64,000 nt of DNA. Origin: Nitrosopumilaceae archaeon. GTDB taxonomy: Archaea; Thermoproteota; Nitrososphaeria; Nitrososphaerales; Nitrosopumilaceae. Where the stretch lies: positions 256,001 to 320,000 of the forward strand of contig CBDCCK010000002.1 of assembly GCA_965214835.1 (NCBI GenBank), given 5' to 3'. The notes beneath the pieces were generated by a model, which did not search any database, was not told the origin of the DNA, and saw only the letters and a program-made list of their open reading frames with translations. Positions within the stretch are counted from its first letter, which is position 1. The number at the start of each line of letters is the position of its first letter. The translations under genes were made by a program, and so were the position numbers. Below are positions 60,205 to 64,000 of the stretch, in pieces.

Positions 60205-61808
60205 GACGGATGTGGGCCGGCCCCGACGATGTAGGGATCAACGTTTTCAAATTTCTTAAAGTTCTCGCTGAACATGTGGGCAAGCTTTTTTGCAGACAGA
60301 TCATAGGAGTCCTTTTCCTGCCAAGTGTTCTTTGGGTCAAGGATTTCCGATGGCACGCCGGGGCACTGGGTCGGAATGTCAAGGTTGAACAGGTCGTTGT
60401 GATCATACTTTACAATGTCAAGTGCCCCTGTAAGGGCCGCGGTGACCATCGCCCTGCTGTATTGCAGCTTTACGCGCTTGCCGACGCCGTACGGGCCGCC
60501 TGACCAGCCGGTGTTGATGAGATATACCACGGTATTGTGCTCCTTGATCTTTTCTCCCAGCAGCCTGGCATAAACCGAGGCGGGCCTTGGCATGAACGGG
60601 GCCCCAAAGCACTCGGAGAATACCGCCTTTGGCTCCTTGATTCCACGCTCTGTTCCCGCCAGCTTGCTGGTATATCCGGACATAAAGTGGAACATGGCGC
60701 CCTCCCTAGTCAGCCGGGAGATCGGGGGAAGGACGCCTAGCGCGTCTGCGGTCAGAAACACCATTACCCTCGGGTGTCCTCCCATGCTCGGAAACACCGC
60801 CCCCGGAATATAGTCAAGCGGGTATGCGGCCCTGGTGTTCTCGGTCAGGCTGCCATCATCAAAGTCGGGCCTCAGGCTTTCCTTGTTGATTACGACGTTT
60901 TCAAGTACGGCGCCGGACTTTATCGCGTTCCAAATCTGCGGCTCTGACTCCTCGGTAAGATTGATGCACTTGGCATAGCATCCGCCCTCAAAGTTGAAGA
61001 TGCCGTTATCTGACCAGCCATGCTCGTCATCGCCGATTAGTTTCCTGTTTTCGTCTGCAGACAGGGTGGTTTTGCCTGTGCCGGACAGTCCAAAGAACAG
61101 CGCGGTATCGCCGCTTTGGCCGATGTTTGCAGAGCAGTGCATCGGGAAGATTCCCCGGGAGGGCAGCAAAAAGTTCATGACGCTAAACATCGACTTTTTC
61201 ATCTCCCCCGCATACCTTGTCCCCCCGATGAGGACCAGCCTTCTGGTCAGGTCAATCAGGATGAAGGCATTAGAGCCGGTTCCATCGACCTCTGGGATTG
61301 ATTCAAAGTCGTTTATGCACAGTACGGTGAATTCGGGCTCATGGCCACCAAGCTCCTCTGCGGTGGGCCGGATGAACAGCTGCCTTGCAAAGAGGCTCTG
61401 CCACGAGTGATCGTTGATCACCCTGATTGCCAGCCTGCTGTCCCTGTCGGCACCCACGAATCCGTCAAAGACGTACAGCTCCTTGCCCTCGACGAATTTC
61501 TTCATCTTTTCAAGTATCTGCTCGAACTTGTCGGATGGAAACTGGTGGTTGATCTTCCCCCAGTCGACGGTCTGGTGGGTGGTATCGTCATATACTATGT
61601 ACCTGTCATCCGGCGAGCGGCCGGTAAACTTGCCGGTCCTGACAGACAACGAGCCGGTGGCAGTCACAATGCCGTCGTTTTGCTTCACAGACGAATCGAC
61701 TAGCTCCTCGGGGGGGAGGTTCCTGTGTACCTTGGAGGGCCTTATGCCAAAGTCGTTAATCTGTGCGATAAACTTGCTTGTAATGGACGGACTTGCGCTG
61801 TCACTCAT
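60201..61808 (-). CDS. pckA: phosphoenolpyruvate carboxykinase (ATP)
   Basis: TGRSP, YAGEMKK, GLSGTGKTTLS, IGDDEHGW, EGGCYAK. Confidence 0.97.
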   Translation of the reverse strand: MSDSASPSITSKFIAQINDFGIRPSKVHRNLPPEELVDSSVKQNDGIVTATGSLSVRTGKFTGRSPDDRYIVYDDTTHQTVDWGKINHQFPSDKFEQILEKMKKFVEGKELYVFDGFVGADRDSRLAIRVINDHSWQSLFARQLFIRPTAEELGGHEPEFTVLCINDFESIPEVDGTGSNAFILIDLTRRLVLIGGTRYAGEMKKSMFSVMNFLLPSRGIFPMHCSANIGQSGDTALFFGLSGTGKTTLSADENRKLIGDDEHGWSDNGIFNFEGGCYAKCINLTEESEPQIWNAIKSGAVLENVVINKESLRPDFDDGSLTENTRAAYPLDYIPGAVFPSMGGHPRVMVFLTADALGVLPPISRLTREGAMFHFMSGYTSKLAGTERGIKEPKAVFSECFGAPFMPRPASVYARLLGEKIKEHNTVVYLINTGWSGGPYGVGKRVKLQYSRAMVTAALTGALDIVKYDHNDLFNLDIPTQCPGVPSEILDPKNTWQEKDSYDLSAKKLAHMFSENFKKFENVDPYIVGAGPHPS

Positions 61809-61906
61809 TAAAACTCCCCCAATCGATCATTGAAAATCCGGAACCGGTCATTGGATAAATCGATCCGCCCCAAATTTCCTTATTATCTCTTTCTTCCCCC
61901 CGGAAC

Positions 61907-61994
61907 GCAAGAGCTTACCCTCCCCTGAGAACGGCGGGCAGGCGTGATCATGAAGGCTCTGGCCAGCAGTGTCACCTGAAGGGTAAGCTCTTAC
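61907..61994 (+). repeat. ~90-bp MITE-like repeat, family A, copy 7
   Basis: GCAAGAGCTTACCCT / AGGGTAAGCTCTTAC. Confidence 0.9.
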
Positions 61995-62018
61995 GCCTCC
62001 TCAAGTAGGGGAGTTATA

Positions 62019-62550
62019 TTGGTACAAAACCGAGAATAGGATACAAACTTGTAAAGTCACTTTTTGGCAAGTATGAAGAAATTCCAGAAGAGTGGGAGAT
62101 TGCACGAACTTCGGACATACTAAAAGTAACAATGGGACAGTCTCCACCATCCGAAAGTTACAATGAAGAAAAGAGAGGTTTGCCATTTTATCAGGGAGTG
62201 ACTGATTTTGGAGCAACATATCCAAATCCTACGGTATGGTGTACAGATCCCAAAAAAATCGCAGAAAGCGACTCTATTTTGTTTTCTGTAAGAGCTCCAG
62301 TAGGGAAAACAAATCTCACAAAAATGGAGTGCTGTATAGGAAGGGGTATAGCATCGTTTAACACGATAAAAAACAGCTTGCTTTACTGTTTTTATTTGAT
62401 CAGTCAAAACAAGAAAAATTTTTCTGTTTATGCTCAAGGGACTACACATGATGCAATAAACAGAGAAGATGTTGAAAAAACAAAATTGCCACTTACTGGT
62501 AGCATAAAAGAACAACAAAGAATTGCGTCAATCCTGTCTGGAGTTGGTGC
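62019..62550 (+). pseudogene. hsdS: type I R-M specificity subunit (HsdS) fragment, single TRD
   Basis: EIPEEW, MGQSP, SVRAPVG, CIGRG, EQQRIASILS; 5' frameshift and no second TRD. Confidence 0.8.
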
Positions 62551-62636
62551 ACCAGACCGCGCATGCCTCATAATCGCCACAATCTTACGCATGAGACTGG
62601 CAATACTCTTAATACTTTTTGCAGCTGTGCTAAATC

Positions 62637-62858
62637 ATGAGTTCCACAATACAAAAAAGAACCTATACAATCGTCATAACTCCGGATGAAGTAGACGGGG
62701 GCCTTGTCGGGGTCTGCGACGAGCTAAACGCCTTTTCGCAGGGTGAGACGTACGGGGAGATTATGGAGAATATGAAGGAGGCAGTAGAGCTTGCGGCAGA
62801 AGAAAGCGGCAATACTGGTGATTTTAACATGCTGATCGTTCAGAAGCGTAATGACTAA
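62637..62858 (+). CDS. hicB: HicB-family antitoxin
   Basis: YTIVI..DE..GG...SQGETYGEIMENMKEAVEL. Confidence 0.8.
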   Translation: MSSTIQKRTYTIVITPDEVDGGLVGVCDELNAFSQGETYGEIMENMKEAVELAAEESGNTGDFNMLIVQKRND

Positions 62859-63015
62859 GATTCCGAGAATTTCCGGCAATGCAATGATAAGATACCTGAT
62901 CAGGAAAGAATTCACAATAACAAACAGAAAAGGCAGTCACGTTACATTAAGACGTGATCATGTCCCGGTAACGGATCACGGTCAAAATATAGAGAATAAA
63001 ATAGCTATTTTATGA
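62851..63015 (+). pseudogene. hicA: HicA-family toxin, C-terminally truncated
   Basis: MTKIPRISG..MIRYL..F...RKGSHVTL; typical C-terminal half absent. Confidence 0.7.
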
Positions 63016-63043
63016 AACAGCTGCACAAAAACGTGAATTTGAC

Positions 63044-63146
63044 TGCTTTTTCTGTGTGCTCATGTACATATGCATGGCTTCCCTGGTCTTAGATCTTTGG
63101 ATCAAAAATAGCTGTCAAAACAATCCGTTTTCTTATGTGTTGACTA
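63044..63146 (-). mobile_element. IS630 left-end remnant
   Basis: Close copy of 42549-42653. Confidence 0.8.
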
Positions 63147-63382
63147 TGCCCGAGCCAGACTCATCGGGGACGTCTATTTTACGAGTCCGTTGCTGTGATC
63201 CCTGGTGAACCCGTCTCTGTCGATCCCCATGTCTTTTAACACCCCCATAAGCATTCCAACCTTTAGTGGGCCGTTTCCTGCAGTAATGGTTGTGAACATG
63301 CTCTCTTTTCGTAATCTTACATGGCTCCCCCTCTGCCTTAACACGACAAACCCTTTCTTGGTGGCATTCTTATCATTGCATC

Positions 63383-63786
63383 AGGGTTGTCTCCTAATTC
63401 ACTCATGTTGCCTCCACCGGTATCCCGAGACTTGCGGCGCATTCGAACCTGTTTAGCGCCTCGAGGCTCCATCCTATGGCCTTGCACAGGCCGAACCCTC
63501 TGCGGGTTGATGCCTTTCTGAACCGGCACATCAACCTGTGGTTCTCCGTCTCTGCGCCAAAGATTCCCCCTATCATCCCGCGCGTCTTGCATGATGTGCG
63601 GTCAAACGTCTTGACAGCCTCCTTTCTGTGCTTCATTTTGGTGCGGACGGCATTGCCTCTCAGCTTGATGTCTGGCTTCATTCCGTATTCCTTGATGAGC
63701 CTTACGTTCTCGTCTGAATCGCATCCCCTGTCTGCATTAAAGATGCATCCGGAGAACCCGAGTCCGATCTTGCCAATCTTCGGCAA
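63383..63786 (-). pseudogene. IS5-superfamily transposase C-terminal remnant with its terminal IR
   Basis: ADRGCDS motif, degenerate R..I.GIFG; end AGGGTTGTCTCCTAATTC. Confidence 0.7.
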
Positions 63787-64000
63787 GAGTGATTCCTAGG
63801 ACGGCAGTGTATGTCATCCTGTCAAGTAATCCGGCATGCCAGAATTACCCACAGATCCCAGCACGGATGCCAGATGTCAGGCGGATCCGGCAGGAGGCAA
63901 GACCGGATCCCCGCAGATCCGCTTGCATCCCCAACTACGGCACCCAAGGAGACATGTAGAAAAGCCAGGCAGATCCAGGAGCCGGGGGCAGAAAGTATGT

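Noticed and set aside
2013-61994. Family A as integron attC sites
   Set aside because: Ends lack the RYYYAAC/GTTRRRY cores, copies are dispersed rather than in a cassette array, target duplications are present and no integrase is seen.

Overview
Chromosomal segment of an ammonia-oxidising-type archaeon (Nitrosopumilaceae/Nitrososphaerota, inferred from the 3-hydroxypropionate/4-hydroxybutyrate-cycle gene pair, archaeal dnaG, CTP-dependent ribK, psmA, leuS/alaS and an intron-containing tRNA). Housekeeping genes alternate with many IS elements (ISH3, IS5, IS630, IS110), at least six families of short inverted-repeat elements (MITE-like) and decaying defence genes. The main finding is an apparently intact 1,350-bp IS110/IS1111-type element at 55703-57052. 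Its upstream non-coding end can be folded by hand into a two-loop bridge/seek RNA. The guide segments match the insertion target and the donor junction, and two exact 10-mers match the two recombinant junctions. The target is the terminal inverted repeat of a ~90-bp MITE-like element with at least 7 copies in this window. Products were assigned by motif recognition only; no database searches or folding programs were run.
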